DNA of 63,209 nucleotides, filler included, from Reticulomyxa filosa (taxonomy: Eukaryota; Protista; Foraminifera): assembly GCA_000512085.1 (NCBI GenBank). It is 16 parts of 16 records of this genome, joined end to end, with 100 filler letters (N's around TTAATTAATTAA, not from the genome) between each part and the next. Parts side by side here need not be neighbours in the genome. Positions count along the whole stretch, not along the records: positions 12,655 to 21,261 come from ASPP01007380.1; positions 21,362 to 30,516 come from ASPP01026354.1; 14 more parts are not named here. One strand, written 5' to 3'. Position numbers and translations under genes: made by a program. The stretch's first letter is position 1. Each line of letters begins with the position of its first letter. The notes under the pieces are model-generated. The model saw only the letters and a list, made by a program, of their open reading frames with translations, made no database searches and was not told the origin of the DNA. This document shows positions 12,655 to 25,770 of the stretch, piece by piece.

Positions 12655-13327
12655 TATGTATATAAAGTTAAAAGAAGGATCCACAAAAGATGTGATAAAC
12701 TTGAAGCAACTGTACTGTTTGTTTTATCATTCCAAAGCTCCGTATTACCAAATCAAAATGAAATTGCATCTTTAAAATTAAATGCTCTTTCAGTTCGCTC
12801 TTGAAACACTTGTGATCACATCCAAATGGTTTGAACCAACATTCAAACAATTGCAAAGGGCAAGAATTGCTCAAGTGGTCCTTCAATTCTCTTATTTTAC
12901 CATTGAAATTACATCTTATTTCTTTTTCATTCTCGTGATATGATTGCTCGCATGCTTGCAATTCTTTTTCAAATTGTCTTGGACACATTACCTTTAATTC
13001 GCTGATGTGTCGTTGTGCCAGTCTGCTCTTTGCGTATTGACAATGCTCGTGAGGCCGAACAGGACACAAGTTGGGATTGGCGCCAAGAAATCGCTTCAAA
13101 CAATGCTCTCCCACAAACAATATTTCATCTGGCTTTTGGTGTTGTGGACAATTGATTTCGATCGGGTTGCTAGCAATACCTTTACAGATAAAACAGATAA
13201 AGTCGTCAATTTGGTCGTGACCGTTCGACCGTAAAAGCCAGTCATTTTTGAAACACGTATGTTGCAGAAAATAGTATGTAGCCTCAGTTTTTGATTCATT
13301 AGTCTTGTTATCCTCCATTTTACTCAT
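12655..13327 (-). CDS. Variant RING + TRAF-type zinc-finger protein (3' truncated by contig end)
   Basis: FICFICKGIASNPIEINCPQH...VGEHCL...CPVRPHEHC followed by CNFNGKIRELKDHLSNSCPLQLFECWFKPFGCDHKC...HL. Donor GT at 12700. Paralog of 56153-56770. Confidence 0.8.
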
Positions 13328-13923
13328 TTTTTATTCTTTCAATTACTATCTTCGATAGAGTCAGATATTTTTTTTTCCTATTTTAATTCCTTTCTGATTT
13401 TTTTTTCGAAGTTTCGAAAACTATTTTGCGAATTTTATTCCTTTAAAAACGAGTTTATTTCTTCGCTGTTTTTACATTTTGAGAATTTAAAAAAATGAAA
13501 AATAGTTATCTGTGATATGAAGACTGGTTCCAAATGTTCATTGAATTTTTAAAATAATTAAATTTTGAGAATACCATTCTGTAAATTTTTTTTTGCACAT
13601 TCGTCCAAAATAAAATTTCGTAAATAGCTACTTTTAAGAAGGAACTACACAATATGCAAAGGCTCTTCTTTTTGGCGAAAATTAGTAAATACCGATTTGA
13701 CAATAAAAAAACAATACAGGTATGTATGTTTTTTTAAATAACCCGTTTTTATTCGAAGCAGCAACACTGAAAGTTACCACTTTATAAAGTATTCAGTTAT
13801 TGATTAATTACTTTCCCTGGTGTTGCAGAATACGTAGGTGGTACGTACTGATTGTTGCAAGATTGTTGCTGAGTACTGGTCTTGGCCGTGATGATCGACT
13901 TTGCAGTATTCAGCAAGATATTT

Positions 13924-14883
13924 TCACTTTGAGCGGAGAAAAGCTCCATGTTGCTTCAGCACTTCAAATGTGCTTACTAATGAGTTTGGGTTGTACTCGA
14001 TTGCCAAACCCAACGTTTGTCCTTTTTCTTGAATATTTGAATCGGAAGACAGCTGATATTTTACGAGCAATGACCGTAATTCTTGTTCCGCAACCTGATG
14101 TGGACACTTGTTCATGTCTGTGTTTGTAGTGAAATCTAGCAGAAGCATTTGTGTGGATTGATCAGTTCCACACTTCACTCTATGGTTTGGACGGTACGTA
14201 TCCAACCACTCCTTTATTTTCACTACGTACTCACTCGATTGAAAGTAGTTGCTATGAGTGGCCACTACTTGAATCTCGCCATTTGCAAAGTGCAATATTG
14301 TGTCGTAATTTACTGTCGTCGATACTACGTACGTATATGTTATTGTATATGTACGGTTATGTATTTGTATCTTTTTTTTTTCAATCGCAAATTTAAAAAA
14401 AAAAAATGGATAAGACCATAATTGTTGTGATTTCCGCGTTCTTGTGTTGACACACGGGCAGTGATAAGGACGGCTATTAATTGGGACACTTTTCCAACGC
14501 TTTTCTTGCGCAAGTAAAAGTTGAGCAAATACCCTGTGACTACAAATACGCTATCCTCTTTTCCATTAAATACAAGCCATCCTGTTTTTGCACCATTTTG
14601 TTTTTTTGTTTTTTTGCCTCTGAATCTGACGTGGTAACAAGAAAAAGTGAAAGATTTAAGAAATTTTATTTTATTCATAACTTCCACCAGACAGTATGAG
14701 CATTAAACCACCAACGATCAAGCAGAAAATTAGAATTGGGGACCAATCGTCAAAAACTCGTTTTTCTGCAAAGTAAATGATCGTCCCCAACGTTGTAAAT
14801 ATCAATCCTCCAATTGCAAGAGGAGAGATCTGCATATTCTCAAAGGTTGTTTCACCTAGTTTAGATGTGTATGTTCGGCACAT
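13924..14883 (-). CDS. Hypothetical membrane protein (about three exons, two N-terminal TM helices)
   Basis: Consecutive minus-strand ORFs 14671-14883, 14340-14687 and 13924-14295 are separated by AT-rich intron-like tracts. Hydrophobic segments LAIGGLIFTTLGTIIYF and ILIFCLIVGGLMLIL. Confidence 0.5.
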
Positions 14884-15781
14884 CTTTCACAATCTTTGTT
14901 TTAAAAAAATGAACTCTCTTCTCCTAATGGAAAAAGTGAAAGCCCTTAAACAACATACATTGAAAATTCGATTAGCAGGCCAATAGTTATACTTTTTAAG
15001 AGAGAAAATTATTGTATGATAAGGAATACAATTAAAAATTTGTGAAACAATATCAGCTGTCTTTAACAGGTAATCATGAACAAAAACTAAAAAAAAAGAG
15101 TTACATTGTACCCCATTATCTGTGGTATTTTGTTCTGTCAAGAAATTATCATTATTTTAAAATAATCTATTTGCTCTCATGAACTTGATATAATAGTCTT
15201 ATCATTTAGTCAAAATTTCACATCACACGACGTTCTAAATGGCCTTTCAATACTTTTTTTCTTCCTATGATCGCATATTCCATAAATGAATGCTTGTCCC
15301 TGTTGCAAGATAGTGACAATAGTGTCATCTGGCTAACACCGTACATTATAAATCCAATCTATATATCCCTTAAAAAGATTCGAATACTTTTCCGGATATA
15401 GCCTCCCATATTTGAATAATTTATATCACAAGAAACGAAACAACTGATGATAGTCATACACTGAAAAATAAGGCCAGCTTATAATTTCAAAAAAATCAAT
15501 ATTTGATTATTTCATTCAAATCTACTTAATATAGCGTGTTGTAATTTATTAAGTAATATTATCTGTACTTTTATTTACATTTATTTCTTTTATTCTTTTT
15601 TTATTCCTTACCAGGTTATCCTTGTTTTAGTTTGTTTTTGAACAACACATTGCTTCAAAATTGTATTTGTATCAGAAATTATTCTTTAAATTCAGCTTTT
15701 AAAAGAAACATATTGTCAAGAAAACAAAAATGCTTAGTAATAGTATAAAGAATAAATAACAATTTAATTGCGTTACGTATT

Positions 15782-18173
15782 TTACAATACCCCCCAAAGT
15801 CGAATTGTTCCGTCTTCAGATGACGACACAATTGCATTACCGTCGGGGGAAACATCTACACTCGTAACCACACCAAAATGACCTCTTAGTTCTTGAAACT
15901 CCATTCCAAATTGTACATCCCATAGCCGAATTGTTAAATCATCTGAACAAGATACAATCGTTTGTCCATCGAATGAAAATTTCACACATCTTACCAAATT
16001 TGAATGGCCTTCAAATTTTTTTAATTGTTTTCCTGATTTGACATCCCACAGCAAGACGGTATTATCTCTTGAGCATGATACAATGCTTTGACCATCTGGA
16101 GAAAACTGTGCTTTTTCAACAACATTTGAATGTATTTTGGATGTATATATCCTTTCACCTGACTCTACATCCCATATTCCAATGGTATTATCATCAGAAG
16201 AAGACACAATAGTTTGGCCATCTGGTGCAAATTGGACGTCATTTACCTCGTCCAAATGCCCCTCTAATGTTTTAATTTCTTCTCCAGAATGTGCATCCCA
16301 TATTCGAATTGTATTATCCCATGAGCTTGATACAATAATGGTTCCATCCGGAGAGAATTGAGCACATGTAACACCAAGAGAATGTCCTTCCAATGCTTTC
16401 ACCTGTTCTCCAGAGTGTATATCCCATAATCGAACTGTTTCATCCTGAGAGGACGACACAATCATTTTGCCATCTGGTGAAAATTGTGCATCATCAACAG
16501 AATCTGCATGTCCTTTGAATATTTTGATCTCCGTTCCTAATTTTACATCCCATATTCGAACTGTTTGGTCGTCAGAAGCTGAAACAATTTTGCAATTATC
16601 CGGTGAAAATTTTACACTGTTTACATTGTTGGAATGTCCTTGTAGGACTTTTAATGGTTTGAAATATTTCATCTATATTTGGCCATCATTTCATTTTGAC
16701 GTGTGAATTTGTAAATTAAAAAAGAGTTAGCTTGGTGAAACAGAGACTTTTTTTTTTTTTAAATACCATAAGATATCGCGAAATGATTTTGGTGAAATCA
16801 TCAATCCATCCTATTTCAATAAATAATGATCGTACCCAATATCCGACTATCATTTCAATCTCTTTTTGTCTCTTTTTTTTTTTTTTTTTTTACATACATT
16901 TTTATTTGTGTTAACAGAGTGTAATTAAACAAATAGATAGACAGATAGACAAACAAACAAATAAACAAACAAACAAATAAACAAAATAAAATATCAATTC
17001 AACTTTCAATTTTGTAATGTCAAATCCTTGATTTGTTGCATTCATCTCTATCTTTATTGCTTCTATCTCCACCTTTTGTTCCTCTTCGACAACCCATTGC
17101 TTCTCTGTTTCTGTTTCATGTTTCGTCAATTCTGTCACGCCTATTCTGACATGCGTTGGCATATCATAGCCCTTGTCATCTCTTCCACCGAGAATGTGTA
17201 TGTAAGTGCTGTTCAAATCCAAAACCGCGGTGCAATTTTGCAATGCAATAGGTAGGGTATGATCAAATTTGGTCCATTTGTTGTTCGTGATCGAATACTT
17301 GTATAGCTCTTTCGAAGCCACTGCATTGGTCCCAATGCAGCCATTCCATCCACCAAAAAATAGAATGGAATCATCGACACACACATATGCATAATAGCTA
17401 AATTGCCGAATTGTTGTACAAATGCGTAAGTGATTGAATTGAAATGCATTGCTGTCTTCATCATATTCAATTGATAGACCTATCTTTTCACAAAATAATA
17501 TCATTTCATTCTTTTTTGCATTTGTGCTCATCGTTAATAATCCATTGCTATTGTTTGACACAAAGCAATGAAACCATATCCAATTATTGTCCGCTTGTAA
17601 TACATCATGGTTGATAAATTGAAATGTCGTCAAATCAAATACACTGATATTCTTCGGGTTATATGTGATAAATAACAAATTATTATTACTTCCACAGATC
17701 ACTGCACGTGCCCCCAAATAATTATCTTTGTTTCTTCCAATGCAAATTGGATTGTCTTGATTGTCCGTAAACTGAATCCATTCATTCGGACACTTTGCTT
17801 TTTCTATTGCGTCTTCATCCCAAACACTCACATATTTCATCACCAATGTATGCTTACATCTTCCACCAAAAGATAACAATGTTATTTCATTTGGGCTCGT
17901 ATTGTTTGCAAGCTTTAATACGCCGTGTCCAAATAGAAACACATTCGCTGGATAAGAACAAATATATTTGTACTGATTTTTGAGCGTATGATAAGAATAA
18001 CAGTCTCTTTTATACACGCCCCCACAAATAATGATCTCGTTGTTGTAAACCACACACTGACTACCGTAAAGCGAAGCTGGCAAAGAGCGCAATGTTTCAA
18101 AGAATGAGCTTGTGGAGGGTCTTTCATCTGTGGGGATGTCAGATAGTTTTTTCTCCGCTGTTTGGTTTTCCAT
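15782..18173 (-). CDS. Kelch-like propeller - linker - WD40 propeller fusion protein (~721 aa; exons 18173-17004, 16871-16767, 16672-15782)
   Basis: Exon 1 has Kelch-like GG repeats (IIICGG, LLSFGG, LFFGGW, HILGG). Phase-0 GT-AG introns join it to RQKEIEMIVGYWVRSLFIEIGWIDDFTKIISRYLM and then to seven near-identical WD40 repeats (GH...FSPDG..IVSSS.D.TIRIWD). Confidence 0.85.
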
Positions 18174-18858
18174 ATACCCTTTGTTTATATAGTAATATTG
18201 AACAAATGTTGGAAAAACAGGGATTTATCCGGTTTTTTTCAGCCTGTTTGTGTTAATCATCTTGGCTCTGAAAAACAAGAAACTTGTTTTAAATAAAAAC
18301 TTCAAGATGTATTCAAAGCTTTTAAGGTTAAAAAGTTTTGCATTTTTCAAACAGATAGCTTTTAATACAATTTGAGCCTAGTTCAAATATAACATGTAAA
18401 AAACTACAAAATTTAATTTTAAAAGACAAACTCTTTATCAATGTTCCTTTCATTCAACATTGATTTGTGATGTGAATTGTTATTGTCATTCCAATGAATA
18501 AAAGGGATAATTTTAATTAAATATGAAATATGAAAAATACTATTGGACATTGTAATTAACGCTTAATCGTTTGTCAACCAGTATCAGTGAAACTTAGACT
18601 TACTACTAGCGTGACTTACTTTTTTCAGTGTTCGTGTTTTTCTGGCATTGTTCTAAATAAGCAATGTAGTTTTCTTGGGGGATAATTATTGAACAAAATT
18701 GCCAATTTCATTCCAAGCAACTTTTATCGTGAAATGTTTTGCAGAAGAAATAAATATGAGAATGAAGAAAATTGAAAAAGTTGTTTCGAAAAAGGGCACT
18801 ATTTAATAATGCTGAAAGTAGATTTTAGATATTAGCTGAAGTGATACACTTCAAAAAT

Positions 18859-21219
18859 TTAGCTGTACATGATGACACTAATAAGATTAATCATTTTTAC
18901 ATAAAGAACTTGAGTGGCAGCATCCCAAGCCCATACACTTTCACTCCCAGTGATTTGAACAACCTCTTGCCACGAGCCCACCTCGGTCAATTGTTGTGAA
19001 GTGTTTAGTCCATTGGCGACAGCAGTGACAGGATCAGTTAGCTGAGCAATTTGTACGATAATAATATTTCGTGGTGGTTGCAAGTTGGTAATATCTAGAC
19101 GAGGATTAAAGTTGTTTGACGAGTCTTGATACATTTGGAACGTGGTTCCGTCCCATAAGTTTCCGTTGGCCTTGAGTTAAAGTGAACAAAAATAAGACAA
19201 GATAAGATAAGATATATACATATATAAAAGTATGTAACTTGGTAGTTTTCATTTGGAAAACACCACAAATGCAAGATATTGATTCGATCATAATAGCTAA
19301 TGATATTTGCGGACGAGTTGGTGGGTTGATTGAGGGTCTGAACACTTGGGTCCATGACGGGGATAATGGTGCCAACTTTGACGAACAAGGGAAGGATGTC
19401 CAAGGGTGTGTCGACGAGCATGCTCGTGCCGCCTTTGATGAGGTCTGTCGTCACCAATCGGAACCTGCCATCGGTGTCGTTGTAGATCCAGTTTCCTTCG
19501 AGTTGGTACCAATTGTAAGCAGTGGGTAGATACACCTAGCAAGAAAGACCAAAATACAAGACAATTGGATATGCTCTACTCTAAAAGTCTAAGCAAAGAA
19601 CAAACCTCCCAAAAAGTAGCTCCCTCAGCCACGACAGGCGCGACCAAGAACTTGTCGCCAAACAGGTATTCGTATTCCTGTTCAAAGGCATAGAGATCTT
19701 TGGAGTCGAAGATTTTGTCGTCGACGATGAAATGTCTCATCATGCCCAGCCCAGATTGGTGGCATTCGTATGCAGAGGTGTAAATGTAATACACAAGTTG
19801 GAAGCGCAGCTTGGCAAACTTTCTCCAGCAGTCTGTGCCTTGGGGCCAGTCGTTGATATGTGATTTCGGATAAGGACCCAATGGAGTGCCTCCGGTCTAT
19901 TGCAACGTGCACGTGCAGCATGTAAGTGACAAGGTACGTTCAAAAAAAAAAAAAAAAAAACGAAACATCGTCTTGCATGGAGCCGGAAAAGGAACCAAGC
20001 GCGATCCAACGAGACCAGAGTTCCAAACTCGGTGGGTAGTACCACACAAAGCCAGGTATGTTGGACCCACTGAACGGGACTCCGGAAAGGCCCAGATTGA
20101 CACTCGCTTTGAGATGTGCTGGCAAGCCACTGACTCTGTCAAAGTCACACGTCGGGTCTCCGGTCCATTGAAACCACAGAGTTGATTGTGATCCTTGTTT
20201 GTTTATTTCAAATTGTAAATGCACACAGTATACATATATACATATATATATACATATATACATATATATATACATATATATATATATGTATATATGTATA
20301 CTGTGTGCATTTACAACTTTCATTTATTTAAAAAAAAAAACACTTACCAACGTAACCCGACCTCGCATAAAAAATAAAGTCTGGTGCATTGACGCCATTC
20401 ACCAGACTTTGATTGGTAATGGAAATGAAGTAGTCGTGGGCACACTGCTGATACACGACGGGATATCGATTGTGCATTTCCTTGCCGTACTTGCCGTTGC
20501 CTTGGAAGAAAGCCTTTGGGTCAATGTACTCCCCATAATCGTACATGAAGCCGCGGAAGCCCATTTTCACCGACTTGGCCATTTGCTGTTGGAACCACTC
20601 GTAGGCACTTGCCTCGGTGAGGTCCAGCACACCGCAGTAAAACGGGTTGGGACCCGCCCCTTTGTATTGAAACAAGTAAGGGTCGTACTGTCCGTTACTG
20701 CCATTGCGAGTGGGGTTTACCACGAAATAGCTGTGGTTTAATGCGTATTTGTAATCACTGGTATAGTTTACTATTGTCATTACAAAAAAAAAAAGGGGGA
20801 GGGGGGAGGTATCCAAAAAAAATCATTTATACATATATGTATACGTTATATACAAACCATCAATCATAGAATTGAAATAAGCCAAGACTTGAACTCCCAA
20901 AGCATTGATCTGTTGATTCAACTGCTCGTAATACTCTTCATGACCGACCTCGTCGCCTAATGGGAAGAAATGCAAGTTGCCCAGATGCACGCTGACGGGG
21001 ATATCCATGCTGATGTATCGTTGGATCTCGATCAGAGCACTTCCATTGCTGTCGTTGAACTCCCCGCCAAACTCGTTCCAAGGTCCAAACGCCCATAACG
21101 GCGGCACCAGTGCAGTGTTGCCATCGTTGCTGCTCAGTCCCACGAATTTCTTTATCATCGTGCTGGGTTTTTGCTGCAGAAATATTACCATTGTTGTTGA
21201 GTTGGTGCCTAATTCTTCT
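18859..21219 (-). CDS. Glycoside hydrolase family 31 (multi-exon, 5' truncated)
   Basis: PPLWAFGPW, nucleophile motif GFMYDYGEY, HNRYP, FYARSGY, acid/base WTGD, GLSGVPFSGSNIPGF, ELWSRW, YLFGDKFLVAPV, PLDILPLFVKVGTIIP. Confidence 0.9.
20213..20316. repeat. Perfect 40-bp inverted repeat (hairpin) inside GH31 intron 20194-20347
   Basis: 20213-20252 (TTGTAAATGCACACAGTATACATATATACATATATATATA) is the exact reverse complement of 20277-20316; 24-nt loop. Confidence 0.92.
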
Positions 21220-22399
21220 TTACTTTTTTTTTTTTTTTATTTTTTTAAAAAAAAAAACGTANNNNNNNNNNNNNNNNNNNNNNNNNNNNNNNNNNNNNNN
21301 NNNNNTTAATTAATTAANNNNNNNNNNNNNNNNNNNNNNNNNNNNNNNNNNNNNNNNNNNNAGATCTCGCACTTTGATAATAAAAAAATGATGATTTTTT
21401 TGTGTAGATGCAATACATCCTTCAGCAAAAGAAAAAAAATGTATATTGAATATGGGGTAAGGCCCCCCGTCTCCGCAAGGAGTAACAAAGGTTTGTATTT
21501 ATTTATAATTTTTTTTTATATAATTCGCTTTGTTTGTTTTTCATTAACAGCCGTAACCCGCTGTTCAAAAAAAAAAAAATTGTATACTTCCTCATCCCCA
21601 TCATATGCAAAAAAGTCTTTGGGGTTGAAGCCACCCCGCATTAAAAAAAAATCGAAAGGTTTGTATCTTTTTATTTTTTATTTTTTATTTTATCAAATGA
21701 CGTATATTTGTCAATAGGCATGCACCCATCAACAAAAAATTATATTTAACCCCATCCCCGTTACAAAAAAAAAGACGATTGATATTGGAGCTTTTGGCCC
21801 ACAACAAAAGTATACATTTGTTTTTTTTAAATTAAAATCATTCAATTTGTGATTGTTCTTATAGTGTTCAATGTCAAAGAAAAGATTGTATATTTTATTT
21901 TTTTATTTCTATTTAAGATAATATGAAAATTTGGGGGAAAGAAAGTGAAGGGAAAAATAGATGAAAAAAGAAAAAAGGGTGAAAATGTGGTGGGAAAATT
22001 TTTTTTAATGAATATAAAGAAAAAAAAATGAATTGTAAGAATTAGAAAAAAAATGTTGAAAAATTTAAAAGAAAAAAAAAAAGATGTCAATGAGAAAAAA
22101 AGAAAAAAAAAAGATTGCAATGATAAAAAAAAGAAAAAAAAAGATCAAAAAAGAAGACAAAAAAAGATCAACAAATGTTGGAAAGAAAAAATGAAAATGA
22201 AGTGGAAAAAAAAGAAAAAAATTAAAAAGAAAAAAAAAAAGTGTAAAAAAAATGAAAAAATTTGTAAATGCGCATGAGCGCAGTGTTCAAATAATATGTC
22301 GTTCTCGACAAAGAGGCGATATTGACAATGTCATATTTTTGAGTTGGTCAGCTTTGGAGACCGGTAAAAGTTTGTTATTTATTTTATAATTTGCCGCCT

Positions 22400-25300
22400 A
22401 TGGAAATAAGCAGAATTGGTGATTACGAGTTTGAATAGCACGTGCGAAGACTGGAGTTACGCTTCATTGGAACATCGATGCAACTGGCACTAGTGAAATT
22501 ATTAGAGTTTGGCTTTGTATTATTTCTTATTTGTAATAATAACAAACAAATAAGTATATATGTATACGTATTATTATTTATAAAACTTGTTGTGATCAGG
22601 ACTCGATTTGTGAGATTTAATGCAAAAGATGGAACAATTTGCGAAAAAGTGATATCATGGCCGTTGGTATTTTGCACGCAGAGAGACAATATCAAATGCA
22701 GCGATTCGACAAAAAGGGCTATGCAAAATTGAAAGCTTGCAAAGCATGACGGCTTCAATGATCTGTTGGTAAATATGATTTAGTACATACAAGAAAAACA
22801 ACGATGAATGTGCAATTGTTACAACAACAATAAAAAGAAAGAGAAGAATACTTGTGATTGAATGAACAAAGCGTGATCCCATTGATTGACTTGGAAATCC
22901 ATCAAATTATGTCCACATACGATTGATCCGAATGCATTTAATAGCAAACCATGTTCGAACAAGACTGCGAGATTGAACAGTTTGTTTCTTAGGAAAGCTG
23001 ATTTCAAAGATCAATTGCCATTGTCATGTAATTGGACGAGTGGCAGACATATTCAAATAATTGAGTTTCAAGAGTTCATGGCCATTCGCATCGACAAGAC
23101 GGATCAGGATGCTTTGAGTGGGTTGCTGCTTGGACTTGGGACAGTACGATAAAGTCCAGATTCCTATAAAATGATTCATGGCAAAACGAAGTGAGTTCAA
23201 ATTCATTTGATTTACCAAACGTGATGAAATGATCATTTTGTGATTGATCAATGGATAAAGGGGGCACATGACGGATAAAGGGGCGCATGAAGGAAAATTC
23301 GAAGTCGTGGGAGCTACCAACGCTGACCGTGATAAAGTCGACACAAGAAGCGAAACGTCAAAGTTGGCAGTCGTGTTCGTAAAGGTGTGTGAAATGGGTT
23401 GTCAGACTGACTTTAGTCGCGGCAAGAAACGGGACCCGAACCCGATGATTGACGGATCAATGGTTATGATGGAAGAAACAGTCCAAGTTCACAACAACAG
23501 CCAAAAAAGGCTCTACTTACCTTGTATTACCAATGTGCGTGTTTCAATACAGTGTACCCAAAACAGTGAATACTCGCTCGTTGACGTTACGGGCAAACAT
23601 GATAGTGAAGATCAGATCGCAAGATCGGACGAAAAAATTAATTCAAATAAAGATGCACCATTTGGAAACATCACCTCCAACTTTGCAAACTTGACTCGTG
23701 AAAAACAATACAAGGGAGACACTCGGTCAGTGAATGGAAGCAATAACGAAATATCTTTGTCTTCAATCGCTTTTATGATATCGCCCAAAGAGCAAGAACG
23801 CGAGGAAGAAGCAGAAATGAGTAAAGATGAAGACGATAAAGCCTAGTATGGACGCGTAAAAAGCGTAGTGGTGAGTTTCGCTGACTTGGTTGTCGGTGAT
23901 CGAGTTTGAATCTAGAGAAGAAAGACATGTACCTTGCGCTATCTTGTTATGTGGAGTTTTCCAATGGAAAAAATTATTGGAATTGAGTTGGTATCATAAT
24001 GCAGCTGATGGAACTGTGCGAGGAAAGATAGCAAGCTCCCGAATACAATTTCGTTGTGAAGAATCTAGGGCCAGTGGTATAATGTATTTATTTGCTTTTG
24101 GAGAAAAAAATTCCCTTGGTTACTGTTGATTTTATTTTTGATGTTAGAAAGCGAACTACCTTGCAACAATGATAACGATTTTGATACCGAAGACGAGACA
24201 ACAACATCTCCGCAAGTGCCATAACCGAATATCCAATTCAAGATCGGAGATTACGTGAAGTTATTCTCGAGGAAAAGTAAAAAGTGGTAAAGTGCATTGG
24301 AGAAACTGATTTGGAGTTGGACACATGGAGCCTTTACGGCACAATTGGCACAGCGTGGGAGCAAAGAAATATTTTGAGGCCAATGTATATGACGGCCATT
24401 TCATGCGAAAGGCTCAATCTCTCAAGTAGTGATTCCTTTGGTGAAGCCATTGGGTCCGGAAACCTCCAATGCGATCTTCCAGTTGAAACCATTACAACCC
24501 GACAGTCGCACAGTTTTCGTCAGTGAAGGGGCGGTAAGTATCAAGTACATTGGTTATCCTCCTTTTTTGCCGAGCGTGAAGTTATTTGTGTCGAAATTAG
24601 ATTTGTTCTTTTGGGGAATAATTTTTTAAAATATGTAACACTATGTTGCGTTTTTGTTTATAGATGTATGGACTTCTGGTGCTCATGACGGTATGTACAA
24701 CAAATACTGCCACTTTCAGGTGGTTTTTTTTTTTTTTTTTGCTGTTGTGCAATATTTGTTTGAAGCCAAAAGACGTATATCAATTGAAAGTGACTTTGGT
24801 TCGAATAGTGAAATGTAGTGTCCCAGGAAAATAGATACGTTTACCAAACGAAGATCAATTGTCACGACCCAATCGATTTTGGAAGTGGAAACCACAGAGA
24901 CGACGAGAAAGGGAAGAAAATACAGATTAACTCTGAAATTTGGAAAAATAGACAAAGCTATACATGAGAAAAGATACGAAATGATAGAGTGTATATAGTA
25001 TTGAGTTCGATGAAAAAAATACCTGAATGACTAGCGGGTATAGTACATACTTTACATGCAAGGTTTGTTATTATTTATAAACTGCCATTGAGATAGAAGA
25101 GATAGGAAGAAACAAATGAACAAAATAAAATGTAACATTTTACTTTTTTTTTTTTTTTTTAAAAAAAAAGAAGACATGGGATGGTGGTATATTTGTGTAG
25201 AAACATGTGGTCAAATGGCAATCGACGAACACGGCGTTGAAAATACAAGTGTAAGTAGACGTCATGGATATATAAAAATATATTGAAGAAATGGACGTGG

Positions 25301-25770
25301 GGACCAGAAAAGCAATAAACTCTAAAGCAAGACAAACAATGCGCTTCAGTGTGAAGCACGGACATATGGCATAAACTCGCTCACGCTTCAACATTACAGC
25401 CAATTTGCTGCCCGAGTTCGACCAAGACAGCAACGCAACTCGAAAGAGTCTCAAAAATGGACAGAATCGAAGAAAAAAAGACAACTAGCACCTTGAAGTG
25501 GGTGAAATTGTAAAAATTGACCAATGGCATTGGCAGCCACGATCTGTTTCATCGTTATCACGCATTTTTGCGACAGGCGAGCAGATAGATATGGAGTGGC
25601 ACAATGGATGGGGGCAAGAACAATGGAGCGCGCAAATGAGTACGTACTTTACATGTCCACCAAAACGAGGATTACTTGTGAAAGAAGCAAAACGTCGCCA
25701 CAACGATGATCAGAGCAGCCAAAAATATTTGAAACGACAATGTCCAAAATGTGAAGGCGAGTTTTGAAGT
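22400..25770 (+). pseudogene. Decayed multi-CAP-Gly-domain gene
   Basis: Repeated broken CAP-Gly fragments: LRFIG...NAKDGTI (~22450-22650), VVGDRV...IIGIEL..WYHNAADGTVRGK (~23885-24030), FKIGDYVKL...VKCIGETD.LELDTW...KKYFEA (~24235-24410), IKYIGYP...WTSGAHDG (~24540-24695), LEVGEIVKI...YFTCPPKRGLLVK (~25490-25685). Many stops and frameshifts. Confidence 0.65.
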
